A stretch of 63,400 nucleotides of DNA, counting the filler, from Stramenopiles sp. TOSAG23-2 (lineage: Eukaryota): the NCBI GenBank assembly GCA_900128395.1. It is 8 parts of 8 records of this genome, joined end to end, with 100 filler letters (N's around TTAATTAATTAA, not from the genome) between each part and the next. Parts side by side here need not be neighbours in the genome. Positions count along the whole stretch, not along the records: positions 35,267 to 46,906 come from LT649912.1; positions 47,007 to 58,645 come from LT649913.1; 6 more parts are not named here. One strand, given 5' to 3'. Position 1 is the stretch's first letter. Each line of letters begins with the position of its first letter. Shown piece by piece: positions 44,773 through 56,453 of the stretch. The notes below the pieces were generated by a model. The model was not told the DNA's origin and did no database searches. It saw nothing but the letters and a program-made list of their open reading frames with translations. Made by a program: the position numbers and the translations under genes.

Positions 44773-45639
44773 ATGGAGAACAAGATGGATGAGATGGAAG
44801 AGGCCAACCAGGTAAATAATTTAACAATGGTGGAACAAAGCACATTAAATCCATTATATAGACGAAGTCGATTAAGTCAACTTGTCCAAATGGAACGATA
44901 TCGAAAAGGTGAAGTGTTTTTTTCATTTTTTTGTGTAATATTGTTTATGTTCTATGCAATATATAATAGTAACGTACATGGGTTGTGGGTCGTAATTGGC
45001 GTTTACATATCTAGTATAATGATGTTGTTTTCATTTCTATTTGGTATTGCATATAATAATATTGATTGGAATATTGGAAAAAATATTTTATTGAAAGAGG
45101 TAAATGTTATAGCAATTGTTTTTGTTTCAATAATATTATTACTAATTGATATTACACATCCAGGATCACCAATGAGTATACCGTTAAGTATTATGTACGT
45201 TTTGTGCACTTGGATATTTTTATGTTTTGATTGTTTGAAATACAAAGATCGCAAATTTACATTATTTATTGGTTCTTTGTATTTATTTGTTAGTTTATAT
45301 GAAATTATCGATTATACAATTTTAGAATCTGGACGTGATGTAATAGTTTTAGAATATATGTATGGATTAAAATTATATAAACGTTCAATATCAAGATCTA
45401 TTTTCTTTCAATTATTAGCATTGAGTTCAAAAGCTATTTATGTTTTAATCAAAGATAAAAAAGGTGAATTGTTATTATATGCCACTGGGAATGTTTATCG
45501 TATAAGCGGAGAGACTAGTTTAAACATTCATAAAGCAAAGGTATCGTATCTTAAAAGCAGACAAGTGGAACGTTTAAAAAATGCCCAAACAAGCATGGTG
45601 ATGGAAGATATGAGAAGAGGCGAGTCCCTTAAAAATTAA
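44773..45639 (+). CDS. Hypothetical multi-pass membrane protein (about 6 TM)
   Basis: 288-aa ORF with alternating hydrophobic segments; no family recognised. Confidence 0.7.
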   Translation: MENKMDEMEEANQVNNLTMVEQSTLNPLYRRSRLSQLVQMERYRKGEVFFSFFCVILFMFYAIYNSNVHGLWVVIGVYISSIMMLFSFLFGIAYNNIDWNIGKNILLKEVNVIAIVFVSIILLLIDITHPGSPMSIPLSIMYVLCTWIFLCFDCLKYKDRKFTLFIGSLYLFVSLYEIIDYTILESGRDVIVLEYMYGLKLYKRSISRSIFFQLLALSSKAIYVLIKDKKGELLLYATGNVYRISGETSLNIHKAKVSYLKSRQVERLKNAQTSMVMEDMRRGESLKN

Positions 45640-45929
45640 TGAAAACTTTTACCCTATAATTTATATATAATAAAAGTACAAAATATCGTAGTGTTACTAC
45701 CTCGTAGAAAGCCATGTGCAAGGTGTGTCTTTCACCTTTCATAAAACAAAAAAAGACTTTTGCAAAAAAAACAACCGGGAATACAGTAACGTCGTTCACT
45801 ATAACTAACTTATATGTATTACGAATATAACACAGACGACTAACTACGTAAAATATAACAAATTATATACAGTATACCCAATAACAACACACAGAAACAT
45901 ATATCATTCACATATATACAACAAAAAAC

Positions 45930-46748
45930 ATGTTTATCAATCGTATTTTACGACGCAATACCGCTGTAAACACAAAAGCAAACAGACACTTTTGGAAGAT
46001 ACAAAACAAGGTCAACCGTAGGTTCGTGTTTAATAATACAAGTTATGACAATAACGTAAAAAGCACGTGGACACATATTCAAAGCTTTCATACCACTAAA
46101 TTTAATCAAAAAGATAATTTTACTCCTAATGATGATAAATTTAATATTGCACCAATTCAAAAAGCTGTAAAGGAAGAAGAGGAGAAGAAAAATGGCTTTA
46201 CACAGAGAGAGACAGTACGTCAAAATCCTGAGAAGGAACGCTTGGCGGAGAAAATATCTAAAAGGGATTTGCCAGATTTATTACAAAATGTCGATACCTT
46301 CATTAATATTAAAATGGAATTTTGGCCAGACGCAACAGAAAGTGGATTGCAGGAAGTTGAAGCATTAATTGAAACAGTTGATGAAAAAATTCTTCCGGAA
46401 GTACAAGCAAAAGTCGAAGCATTGGGATCATCACTAGCAGAACTAGCCAACTCCCCCATTTACGACAAAATGTGCAAAAAATATGGACTAACACGGAAGG
46501 AATACGATGATGCTGAATTATTCTATTATTATTCAAGTAGACTTACATCTGACGAGAAAGCAGCCATGAGACGACATGATGTACTAGAGCAAGCATTTAT
46601 ACAGAATACGAGCGGTCGTATACTCTCGGAAATGAATACTAAAATCTTAAAGTTACAGATGAGTTGTTTGGAAAAGCAACATGCAAACTCCAATTGGATA
46701 ATTGGATTTTGTATTTATATATTATTTCTTTTTAAAAGCAATCGCTAA
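45930..46748 (+). CDS. Hypothetical protein with mitochondrial-type presequence; 3' end uncertain
   Basis: Arg-rich, acid-free N-terminus MFINRILRRN; coding-like sequence continues in another frame to a GTGAGT donor just before the contig end. Confidence 0.65.
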   Translation: MFINRILRRNTAVNTKANRHFWKIQNKVNRRFVFNNTSYDNNVKSTWTHIQSFHTTKFNQKDNFTPNDDKFNIAPIQKAVKEEEEKKNGFTQRETVRQNPEKERLAEKISKRDLPDLLQNVDTFINIKMEFWPDATESGLQEVEALIETVDEKILPEVQAKVEALGSSLAELANSPIYDKMCKKYGLTRKEYDDAELFYYYSSRLTSDEKAAMRRHDVLEQAFIQNTSGRILSEMNTKILKLQMSCLEKQHANSNWIIGFCIYILFLFKSNR

Positions 46749-46906
46749 AACAAAATTTGCAAAAATCTCGAACAAAGCCGAAGTAAAGGAGCTCGCAGCT
46801 TCCAATTGGATTTCTACTACGTGTAGAGATATACAAACCGCGATTATTAAAACTTGCGCCTATAATAATCGTTTTGCTTTAAAATGTGCATTTGGTGAGT
46901 CGTATA

Positions 46907-47006
46907 NNNNNNNNNNNNNNNNNNNNNNNNNNNNNNNNNNNNNNNNNNNNTTAATTAATTAANNNNNNNNNNNNNNNNNNNNNNNNNNNNNNNNNNNNNN
47001 NNNNNN
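46907..47006. other. Artificial contig linker
   Basis: 100-nt N-run/TTAATTAATTAA/N-run. Confidence 0.99.
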
Positions 47007-47439
47007 TGGGGTAGCGCTTAACCAAAAGAAAACCTATCTATATAGCATTAATGACATCACGACACCATTACCATTTTTCAGTTGTATGAGTTGTTGTATA
47101 CGAGGGCGATATTTTCATAATAATATTAATGTAAGGTATTATACCTTGATCGGCGGCCCCCTGGCCCCCGTGCCCCCGTTTTTTCTATTTTTTCTCCTGC
47201 CTTTTTTCTGGCCAGGCTGACGTCTATAATAGCCTGGCTAGCCAGCTAGCACTCCCAGGGCACTCTAATAATATTTTTTATAATTAATATAATGCGTTGC
47301 TAATATTCACATATACAATTTTGAATAACTGATGTTGGATATTATTTAAAGCAATAATATTATTAAAGATATTTTGTTGAACATCATTCAATATATATGT
47401 ATATATATATATATATAGCAGCCGAAAATATAATACAAA

Positions 47440-48432
47440 ATGCAATCCTCTCAAGCTGCTGCGTTTTCCTCAGCATGTTCAGGTGCTATTGGTGCAGTTG
47501 TTGCTTTAACTATTACTTACCCATTGTCGATAATTAAAACAAGGTTACAAGCACAAACAAATATCCAATATGATAATAATAAAGATGGTAAAGTATGTAT
47601 AAAATCACACGATCATAAGCCGTATTTCGGCAGTATAGATTGTCTACAGCGGATTGTCAAAGAAGAAGGTGCCTTTAAATTGTATGCTGGCTTAAGAGGC
47701 GCTTTGTTCAAAGCGTTCATAACAAATTTTGTTTTTTGTTTCTTCCATGGTCTTTTTCAAAAATTTATACGAGCTAGAAGTATGCATAGAGGGAAGTCGA
47801 TACGAGCATTTTGGTCCATGATGCATGGCATCATGGCTGGTATTTGTGTGCAGCTTTGTGTTTTGCCTGTTGATATGGTTGTTACGCGTATACAAGTTAA
47901 TCGTGGTGCAGCACCAAAAGGATTTGTCCGTACTATGTATGATATTACTAAGGAAGGTGGAATTTTTAGTTTTTGGAATGGGTTAGTTCCGGGAATGTGG
48001 TTAACTTTGAATCCGGGTATAACAACTGCCGTTCGTAATGTCCTTGAAGAGTATGTAAATGGATCGTCGTACAATACATCAGGTAATTTTAGTGTTGGTC
48101 TAGTATCAAAAGCAACTGCAAGTATTATTACATATCCATATACAGTATGCAAAGTACGTATGCAAATCTCGGGTGTTACTAATAACGAAAAAGAGAAGAG
48201 AAATGAAAATAGTTTGGAGAACAATCACAAGGAGGAAAAGAACAAGCCTAAAGGCGTTACTTTTATTGAAACTGTGAAACTTGTATATAATGAAAATGGA
48301 ATGGTTGGGTTTTATAATGGCTTACCACCACAATTAGTAAATGCTGTGTTAAAAGAAGGTATATTAAATATGATACGATTAGAAATTCGTGCAATGGTTG
48401 AATCCAATATAACTGCTAGATTAATGCGTTGA
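47440..48432 (+). CDS. Mitochondrial carrier family protein, peroxisomal adenine nucleotide carrier (Ant1/PMP34)-like
   Basis: Three repeats YPLSIIKTRLQ, LPVDMVVTRIQ, YPYTVCKVRMQ, each followed by a (E/N)G...GL motif; LTLNPGIT is typical of peroxisomal members. Confidence 0.85.
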   Translation: MQSSQAAAFSSACSGAIGAVVALTITYPLSIIKTRLQAQTNIQYDNNKDGKVCIKSHDHKPYFGSIDCLQRIVKEEGAFKLYAGLRGALFKAFITNFVFCFFHGLFQKFIRARSMHRGKSIRAFWSMMHGIMAGICVQLCVLPVDMVVTRIQVNRGAAPKGFVRTMYDITKEGGIFSFWNGLVPGMWLTLNPGITTAVRNVLEEYVNGSSYNTSGNFSVGLVSKATASIITYPYTVCKVRMQISGVTNNEKEKRNENSLENNHKEEKNKPKGVTFIETVKLVYNENGMVGFYNGLPPQLVNAVLKEGILNMIRLEIRAMVESNITARLMR

Positions 48433-48674
48433 TCATTCTAAACCACAGAGTTTCGATTTTTTGTTGCTACACAAGCCATCATAATAATGAGACACGTATT
48501 CATCATAATATCACAAATATTATTTTAAAAATAAAGGAATATGGTTTTAGAAATACGTTATATTATATATTTTTATTTTAATAACATTTAATTATACGCA
48601 AAAACAACCCCCACTAAAATAAACGCGCGGATCTTGTACAAATTCCCCAAAGACAAACAGAAAAAAACAAAATA

Positions 48675-49298
48675 TTATTTCATAGACCAATTTACAGTTG
48701 GTGATATATTAATCAACACATTAATTACAAAGAATAATTGAACTAAATATGCTGGAATAGTTGAAATAAAGATACGTGCAAAGGTTGTCCTTGATATTGC
48801 ATACGGATAAATAAACCTACAACCGAGCCAAACCCAACCGAATTTAGAAGCGCGATTAATACCATCATAACCCATAATTGCACATAACCAAAGTAATATA
48901 AGAAAAGATATAGATTGTTCCATAGTGTTTCTCACAGTCGTATTCCAAACTGACACAGGATAGGATGGGTAAACTCCTTTTTTAACGTCGCGTAAAACAA
49001 TTTTTTTCTTGTCGCCATCTTTCTTTGATTTTTCAATCAATTTAAAAAACTCAATAAAGTGAGTAGTTGATTGTTGAAACAGAAGCCAATACCACATGCA
49101 AAACCAAGCAAGTGTGACATATACAACCGGTGCAAATTTTTTAATGTCATTTGTTTTAACAAATTCAGTATTATCGAATTTGGAACTTTCATATGCAATA
49201 AATAATAAAAGTGATAAAGCTACATATGATGCAACTCTTGGTAAATTTGTAATTAATTTAAACGACATTATACTTGCAAAGATGTTTCTTTGTTGCAT
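48675..49298 (-). CDS. MAPEG family membrane protein
   Basis: VRNTMEQ..FL and GWVWLGCRFIYP motifs; 4-5 TM segments. Confidence 0.8.
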   Translation of the reverse strand: MQQRNIFASIMSFKLITNLPRVASYVALSLLLFIAYESSKFDNTEFVKTNDIKKFAPVVYVTLAWFCMWYWLLFQQSTTHFIEFFKLIEKSKKDGDKKKIVLRDVKKGVYPSYPVSVWNTTVRNTMEQSISFLILLWLCAIMGYDGINRASKFGWVWLGCRFIYPYAISRTTFARIFISTIPAYLVQLFFVINVLINISPTVNWSMK

Positions 49299-49736
49299 TG
49301 AAGATGAACTGAGTATAAGTTGTTATATTTTCTGACCGTTGTATATATTATTTTTATTTTGAATTGCACAATTGCTGGATTGGTTTTAGTTTTTGTTGGG
49401 CAACTTAAACTTCTTCTTTGGCACCACCTAATAACTTTCTTTTTGGCTGCTCAAGTGAAAGGCCCATTCTCTTCTCTCTGGACACCATAATAGTTCTTCC
49501 ATATCCAAATATCCGGTTTTAATGGCTATAATACTGTAGCTATAATTATACCATATAGCTACTATATTAATAATCAGCCCTAAAAAAAAAGCTAGGAAAA
49601 AACCAAAATTAATTTATAATATTATACTAAGATTATTTTAAATACTACTATTATATTATAGTGTTAAATTCCTCATAGCAACCATAGCTACATATATTAT
49701 ATATACACATACATCAGTAATAATACGCATACATAT

Positions 49737-49942
49737 TACATATACATACAGTATGTATATATTCTTTATAAAATACACATATTTCAAAGAAAAAGGAGGT
49801 GTGTAGAAATTGGATAATATGAAACGTAATAATACAATGTACATATACATACAGTATGTATATATTCTTTATAAAATACACATATTTCAAAGAAAAAGGA
49901 GGTGTGTAGAAATTGGATAATATGAAACGTAATAATACAATG
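49737..49942. repeat. Tandem duplication, 103-bp period, over the MFS start codon
   Basis: 49737-49839 vs 49840-49942. Confidence 0.9.
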
Positions 49943-52439
49943 AAAAATGAAAATAATTGTCGCGGGTGGACGATTGTGTTAGTTGCTTTTTTAACAGACG
50001 CTCTAGCGTTAGGTGGTAGAGCTTTATTTGCAGTTGTACTATTGTATTGGGAGCAAGAATTTGGTTGGACAAGGTCTTATGTTTCAGGATCAATTTCATT
50101 ATTGCATGTATCGATTGCGTTGTCAACTCCAATATCTGGGCATGTTGTTGATATATTTGGGGCACGGCGCGGCCTAGTATTTGGCGTTTCATTATTTGCC
50201 ATTTCATTGTTTTTGACCGGGATGATAGCATATGCTTGGCAGCTGTATTTATTTTATGGGTTTGTAGGTGGATTCAGCCTTGGACTGTTGAATTTGAATG
50301 TCTTCAGTGTTGCTGTAATGCAAGCATTACCAGAGAAACATCATGGCCGAGCAGTTGGTATAACTACTAGCGGTAGTACTTTTGGACAACTACTCATTGT
50401 ACCGTGTTTCGCATTGCTTTGCAATAGTATTGGTTGGAGAAACAGTTATTTTACAGTTGCTACTATTACAATATTAATGGCACCTGTCATTTGGTTCGTA
50501 TTAGGCCCACATGCAGAGAAAAATAATACTGAAGAAGATAGTAAAAATATCGATGAAGATGGTGTTATTATTGAAATGATTGACAACCCATCTAATAAAA
50601 ATGCTGTGGAAAATATTGTTGGTGATCAAAATGGGATTGATGGGAATGATGGGAATGATAATGATAAAAAAGAAGCATCATATGATTGGAAACTTGATAT
50701 GTTACAAAAGATGAAGAAATCTTTTTTAAATAGGTATTTTTGGCATTTATTGATTGCATTTATAATTTGTGGTATCACTACAGTTGGTTTCATAGAAACA
50801 CACATTGTTGCATATGCAGTTTCTAAAGGATTAACAAAGGAGCAAGGAGCATTTGGTTTTGGATTGCTGTCTATGTTTAATGGCTTTGGCATTATGCTGT
50901 CTGGCTTTCTATCAGATCATTACAGCCGCCCGTTAATTTTGTGTTTAATTTTTGGTATTCGTGGCATTTGCTATATTTTCATGTACATAATTTCAGATTT
51001 CTCTGGCTTGTTTGTATTTGCTATTTTTTTCGGTAAGTAAATTCTATTCCCCTAAACCTAAAAAAAAGAGACACCCTAACACATCAGCCATTCTTACGCT
51101 ACGCTCCACAGGTTTGACTGATTACGCCGTTGTACCACCTGTGATTGGCTTGGTTTCTCGTTTTATTGGAGCAAATGCAGTTGGGTTAGCGATGGGGATT
51201 TTACTAGCTTTTCATTCTATTGGTGCAGCAATAGGAGCTGCAATTGGCTCACATGCATTTGACAATGATGGCCATTACGATGTCGTATTAGCAGTGTGTT
51301 GCGGGTTGTGTTTTTGTGCGTCAATTTTGTGCGCATTGATACCGGAAAAATTTAACCGGTCAAAAGGCAAGAACGAAAATGGAGAATATGATATGACAAT
51401 GAAGAGCGACACCAATGACAATAATAATGAATATGTACGTTGTGTCTTTGATGTAGGTTCAGGTGCAACTAAGGCTCATGTTGCAATTATTGATCGAAAT
51501 GACAATCAAGTTAAAAAATCTTTATACTCTCATCAAACGCAGATTCTACTTCGACATGATATACAATCATCGGATGATGGGACGACGTTCAGTAAAAATA
51601 TTTTAGCAGAATGTCGTGAATGCTTGTTGAAATATAAAAAAATTGCAAATGAATTCGGCTGTACACGGTTTAATGGAATAGCAACAGCCGTATTTAGATA
51701 TGCAAAGAATGGAGAAGCATTTTTAAAATTATTGAATGAAGAAGATGGCTTGTCAATTGAAGTGATCAGTCAAAAAGAGGAAGGAAAAGTGGGATATTTA
51801 TCCGCTGTTTGTGTTGCCCCAAAAACAATTGTACAAGAAAATATCATCGCTTGGGATAGCGGTGGTGGTAGTTTTCAAATAACAGATTCAAAATATAATG
51901 TATTTGAAGGTCCATATGGGAGTACACATGCGTTAACGCGTGCATTGGAAAAAAAAGATATGTCATTTGATCCAAGAGGTAGTGCATCTCCGTTTACGAA
52001 AGAGGAGTTTGATACTTTAATTCAACAAATAAAACTTGACTTGGAATCAAATGTGGTAAACAATAGCGACGAACCTATGAGTAAAGAGTGTCAAATTGTT
52101 TTCAATAAGTTACAAGCTGCATCAGATAACGTGCAAGTTGTGTGTATTGGTGGTGATACTTGTGTTTTTCGAATGGCAGCATATTTACTGGAATCGAATG
52201 GAGAGGGTAAAATTGTGGAAACTACTATGGAAAAGTTTTCACGTGATGAATTATACGAGAAGATAATAGAGATGTTATTAAATAAAACTGATGTAGAGCT
52301 TGAGGAAATGGGGTATCCGCAAGCAAATATGTTGATTCCAAAACTGTGTTTAATGATAAGTGTTATGGATTGCTTAAATATCGAGAATGTGATTTATCGT
52401 GTGACAAATGGTAGTACAGAAGGCTTGCTAATTTGCTAA
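49922..52439 (+). CDS. MFS transporter (OFA/MCT-like) fused to a Ppx/GppA (ASKHA) phosphatase domain; intron 51033..51111
   Basis: MFS motif A SGHVVDIFGARR and SGFLSDHYSR; 79-nt intron GTAAGT..CCCTAAC..CCACAG joins FFG|LTDY in frame; then FDVGSGATK, ATAVFRYAKNG, VISQKEEG..GY, WDSGGGSFQ. Confidence 0.88.
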
Positions 52440-52671
52440 AAAAAAGGTATCATAATATTTATTGATACAACGATATGAATATCATTAATATTTGATATTA
52501 TCGTATTTTTCTTTCGTAAAAATATACTCTCGTATCTCATACGTTTCGTACCCCGTGTATTTTTTACTTCGTACGTTCGTATTTTTTTTTTAAAGGTGTG
52601 TAAAATAATGTATATGATACTTTAAATATATATATTTTATATGTACATGCATACACTTCAAAACAAGTATT

Positions 52672-55065
52672 TTACAACATCATGTCAATACGTCTTGTAG
52701 GGCGCAAAAATTCATCAAAATCGTCGTCATTCATATTATTGTTTAACCTTACATATCTATTAACATTTCCCATGAAAAGACTATGCTTATCTGCAGCTCC
52801 TTCTCCCCCTTCATTAGTATCATCGTCTGGTGACATTACCCTATTTAAATGAGTTGATACATTTCGATAACAATTGTAAATGGAATACATGATAGAAAAT
52901 ATCAACATGAAAAGCCAAAATGCACCCAGCTTTGGGCCCATTAGTAAAACTTCTTTGAACGAATACAAACCGCTACATGTCATCTCTACTTCTACACCAT
53001 TTGCAGCCCGAGCAACAACGTTTTTGATATAACGTACATCCGCTCTTGTACTATGTACGAAAAATAATGCATGTTTGTAATCATGTAAACTTAAATATTT
53101 AGATGCGCGTTCAAATTTATAATTTAACATGTTCCACCTATGGCGTAATTCTTTGTAATTCTTATGCGCTAATGCTTCTTTGGGGGTCATGTTATAATGA
53201 TTGAACTGTTGAAACACATCTTTTAACGAACTCATTGTTAAATTTACCTCGGTAAATATTGTATTATGTGCCGCGGCATCGTATTGTGAAAACGATAAAC
53301 GTTGCTCATTACTAAAAGGACCAAATGGATTATTGATTCCTGCCCATAAATAATCTTTATTGATCTTCCCATGTAATGCGCTCCACGTCTCGCGTACATC
53401 TGAGATTCCCCAAACTGCTTTTAAAATAGATGCAAATGTGGCACGTCTAGCATCACTTGGGTTCATCGTCACAGCATTTCCACTGCATACATAATTTACC
53501 ATGGCTTTTTCACTCTGAGTTTCTACGCTTGTCACAACACCTTTGTAATAAACAGATTGGTGTATCCGATCTAACAACAATATATCAGGCCTTTGAATTA
53601 ATTTATAGACATACACCGGTATTGTTCGTTCTAACAAATTGCCACCATCAATTGCACTACCAGCGCCATTATAATCATTATAAATGGTATTACCATGATC
53701 ATCGAAATGTTTTAAACCCCAATATTCATCGCCGAATTTGGATAACCATGACGTTATGTCTTTCGAATCAATATATTGATGAATATGAGGCCGTAATTCT
53801 GTTGTAGCAGCTGTGCTTGTACGACTTTTAATGGAATTTTTCAACGCAGTAGAACATAATGGGCAATCTTTTGCAGAAACATATGTAAATTGCACATTAA
53901 TCTCTTGTCCGTACAAAGCTAATTTTTTTATATTTGCAATTGTATCCTCCCAATATTCTTCTTGTGTTTTCGCTATCAAAGGTGCATCTGATATATATGT
54001 AAGTAAAATATTAATTTTTGGATAATATGCTATTGGATAATTATCAAGAGGTGGTAAAATTAAATTTTTTGTTGTTCGGTAAACGAGTGTGGCTAATTTT
54101 GCTGCTAATGCATTTTTTATATCTGATGCACGAGGTATTGCATCTTCAAAGATACCACCATTTCCACTTCCGCGTGGTCCATAATGGGCCGGTCCAGCGC
54201 TAATATCGATCCATGCATATCTATGATTTTTCTTCGAACCTAACCATGATACCAAACCACATGGATGATATTCATTTAAACTTTTATCTTCTACATACCA
54301 ATAGACTGGAGTACGTGTAATTAAATGGCCATCCGCTGGATCTGTTGTTGGTTCTGGTAATTTTGGATTTAAAATATATATGACATATGATGAATGAGAA
54401 GGATTTTTTTCATAATCTTTTGATATAACTTTATCCATTGAACTTATTGGTAGATAACTACGTTGTGCTTTTACGACTGAATCGTCAATAACTTTATTTA
54501 CATCTTGTAACAGGACATCATTATTCTCACCATGATTGCCGGTCTCGTCGCTATTTAATCCGTAATCCACGGCTGTATAAAGCAAACGCCGAAATACATT
54601 CAAATCGTGACCAGTTAAGTTTTTCAAATCTGAAACTGTATGATCAGTATGCCCAACATGTACCCGTTCGTCACCTATTTCATTGAATGTATCTAAATGT
54701 TTAGATAGTTTATGTGCTGGCAATATAATTCGTTCATTGCCGAAACCTTGAAAACCTACTAAGCGAACTTCCACAGTAACCGTAGATACAAATCCTTTTT
54801 GTTCGAACGCTTCAAACCTTTGATTCAACGATATGCCATCATCATCATTCCACATATCCAATTCATCATCGTCGATAAGTTCAGCAATATCATGTCCATT
54901 AATTAATACCTCATTTATTTCTAATTCTGTTGGTATACCAACTTCTTCATCAGTTGGATTACTTGAAAAACCATATAAAATGACAAAACATGAAAAAATT
55001 ATTGCCGTAAAGGCTGTTCTTCTCGTGAAGAAAAAATAGTTTAATCTGCTGTAATCGGGACTCAT
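52672..55065 (-). CDS. Conserved uncharacterised membrane-anchored lumenal protein (N- and C-terminal TM)
   Basis: Likely start MSPDYSRL; YAWIDISAGPAHYGP..SGNG, IPVYVY, LLLDRIHQSV and PFGPFS resemble an uncharacterised plant/protist family. Confidence 0.75.
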   Translation of the reverse strand: MSPDYSRLNYFFFTRRTAFTAIIFSCFVILYGFSSNPTDEEVGIPTELEINEVLINGHDIAELIDDDELDMWNDDDGISLNQRFEAFEQKGFVSTVTVEVRLVGFQGFGNERIILPAHKLSKHLDTFNEIGDERVHVGHTDHTVSDLKNLTGHDLNVFRRLLYTAVDYGLNSDETGNHGENNDVLLQDVNKVIDDSVVKAQRSYLPISSMDKVISKDYEKNPSHSSYVIYILNPKLPEPTTDPADGHLITRTPVYWYVEDKSLNEYHPCGLVSWLGSKKNHRYAWIDISAGPAHYGPRGSGNGGIFEDAIPRASDIKNALAAKLATLVYRTTKNLILPPLDNYPIAYYPKINILLTYISDAPLIAKTQEEYWEDTIANIKKLALYGQEINVQFTYVSAKDCPLCSTALKNSIKSRTSTAATTELRPHIHQYIDSKDITSWLSKFGDEYWGLKHFDDHGNTIYNDYNGAGSAIDGGNLLERTIPVYVYKLIQRPDILLLDRIHQSVYYKGVVTSVETQSEKAMVNYVCSGNAVTMNPSDARRATFASILKAVWGISDVRETWSALHGKINKDYLWAGINNPFGPFSNEQRLSFSQYDAAAHNTIFTEVNLTMSSLKDVFQQFNHYNMTPKEALAHKNYKELRHRWNMLNYKFERASKYLSLHDYKHALFFVHSTRADVRYIKNVVARAANGVEVEMTCSGLYSFKEVLLMGPKLGAFWLFMLIFSIMYSIYNCYRNVSTHLNRVMSPDDDTNEGGEGAADKHSLFMGNVNRYVRLNNNMNDDDFDEFLRPTRRIDMML

Positions 55066-55703
55066 ATTTGTGTATATTGTCGTGAAAATATTGTTATATT
55101 GCTCGTTTTTGATTTGTCGTAAATTTAAACTATAATATAACAAATTTATTTTTATTAAATTATAAAATGTACAAATATAAATTTTTCATTCAATTATTAA
55201 TTGTTCAGAATAAGAAGGAAAATGATGATATATTATTATTCCTCGTATTCTCGTATTATACGTATTATATAGCTGTCGTCTGTCTGTAGTATACGAGTAG
55301 TACAAATATGTACACTAATGATATGTCTATGTATTATATCAATTAAAACGACTGACGCGTGATTTTCAACGATTTAGATTGTGTGCGATGCAACAACATC
55401 TTTACCAGGTAATCTGGCGCACACATGAACACCAGAACACATCTTTTCATCAATAGTGGTATTTAAAAAGTCTATCAAAGTACTGTATGTAGTGTGTCAT
55501 ATATATCATATAAGTCGTCTACACAACATTATTCTAAAAGAGACAACATATCTTCTTCAGGATTTATTAGAAAACATACATAAAGATACTAATACAACAT
55601 ATTATAAAAAGAATTCCTTTTATTTTTGATTGATCGTTATATATATTACACATTATCAAAATTTTTTATACGAAATTTTATTTTTTTTTTCATATTTAAA
55701 AAA

Positions 55704-55904
55704 ATGCCACGTAATACAAATTTTACAAAAAACAGCAATGGCAATAAAAAGCATGTCATTCAAAGTGCCAATGGATTCAGAAGGTCTCCCGATTTAAAAC
55801 AAGAGAAAGAGAAATTATCAATGTTGTTTTTAAAAACTGTTCAAGAGTACCAAGAGAAGGCTAAATTACGTACGAATATTTGTTCTTTTGATTTGTTGTA
55901 TTAA
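55704..55904 (+). CDS. Possible small hypothetical protein (66 aa)
   Basis: ATG after an A-run as in other genes here; coding-like composition; no family. Confidence 0.3.
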   Translation: MPRNTNFTKNSNGNKKHVIQSANGFRRSPDLKQEKEKLSMLFLKTVQEYQEKAKLRTNICSFDLLY

Positions 55905-56453
55905 TAACACCAAATGTTTACGCATATTGCAATATGTAATAACAGAAATATTAATAAATAATAAATAATCCAAAAAACACGTATTTTTTAAAAAAAAAAA
56001 CATATATATATATATATTACCACCCGTCCATACGAACATTTTACTACGAACGTATCATAGAAAAAACTTTTATGCTTTTTTTGGCATTGCAAGAATATAC
56101 AATCTAATAGAAATGATGATATGATACAACAAAAATAAAAATGGTTTTTTTGTTTTAAAAAAAACAAAAAATATGTACGTCGTAACATGTGTGTGTGTAC
56201 GAAGTTTGAAAAAATGAAAAAAAAAAAAAAGGAGAGAGATCACACATCATTTACGAATTCGTATTAATGAGAATTTCATAATATAAAAAAATATTATAAA
56301 TTTTAAAACAAACAACAACATTTTTCAACACAAAAATATTATTTATAATAAAAACAAAAATTATATACGACTTCGTACATGGTGCGTCTTTTAATTTTAA
56401 AGTTTACTCTGCGTGGGAGTGCCATCATAAAACACACGCGGTGTATTCGTTTT

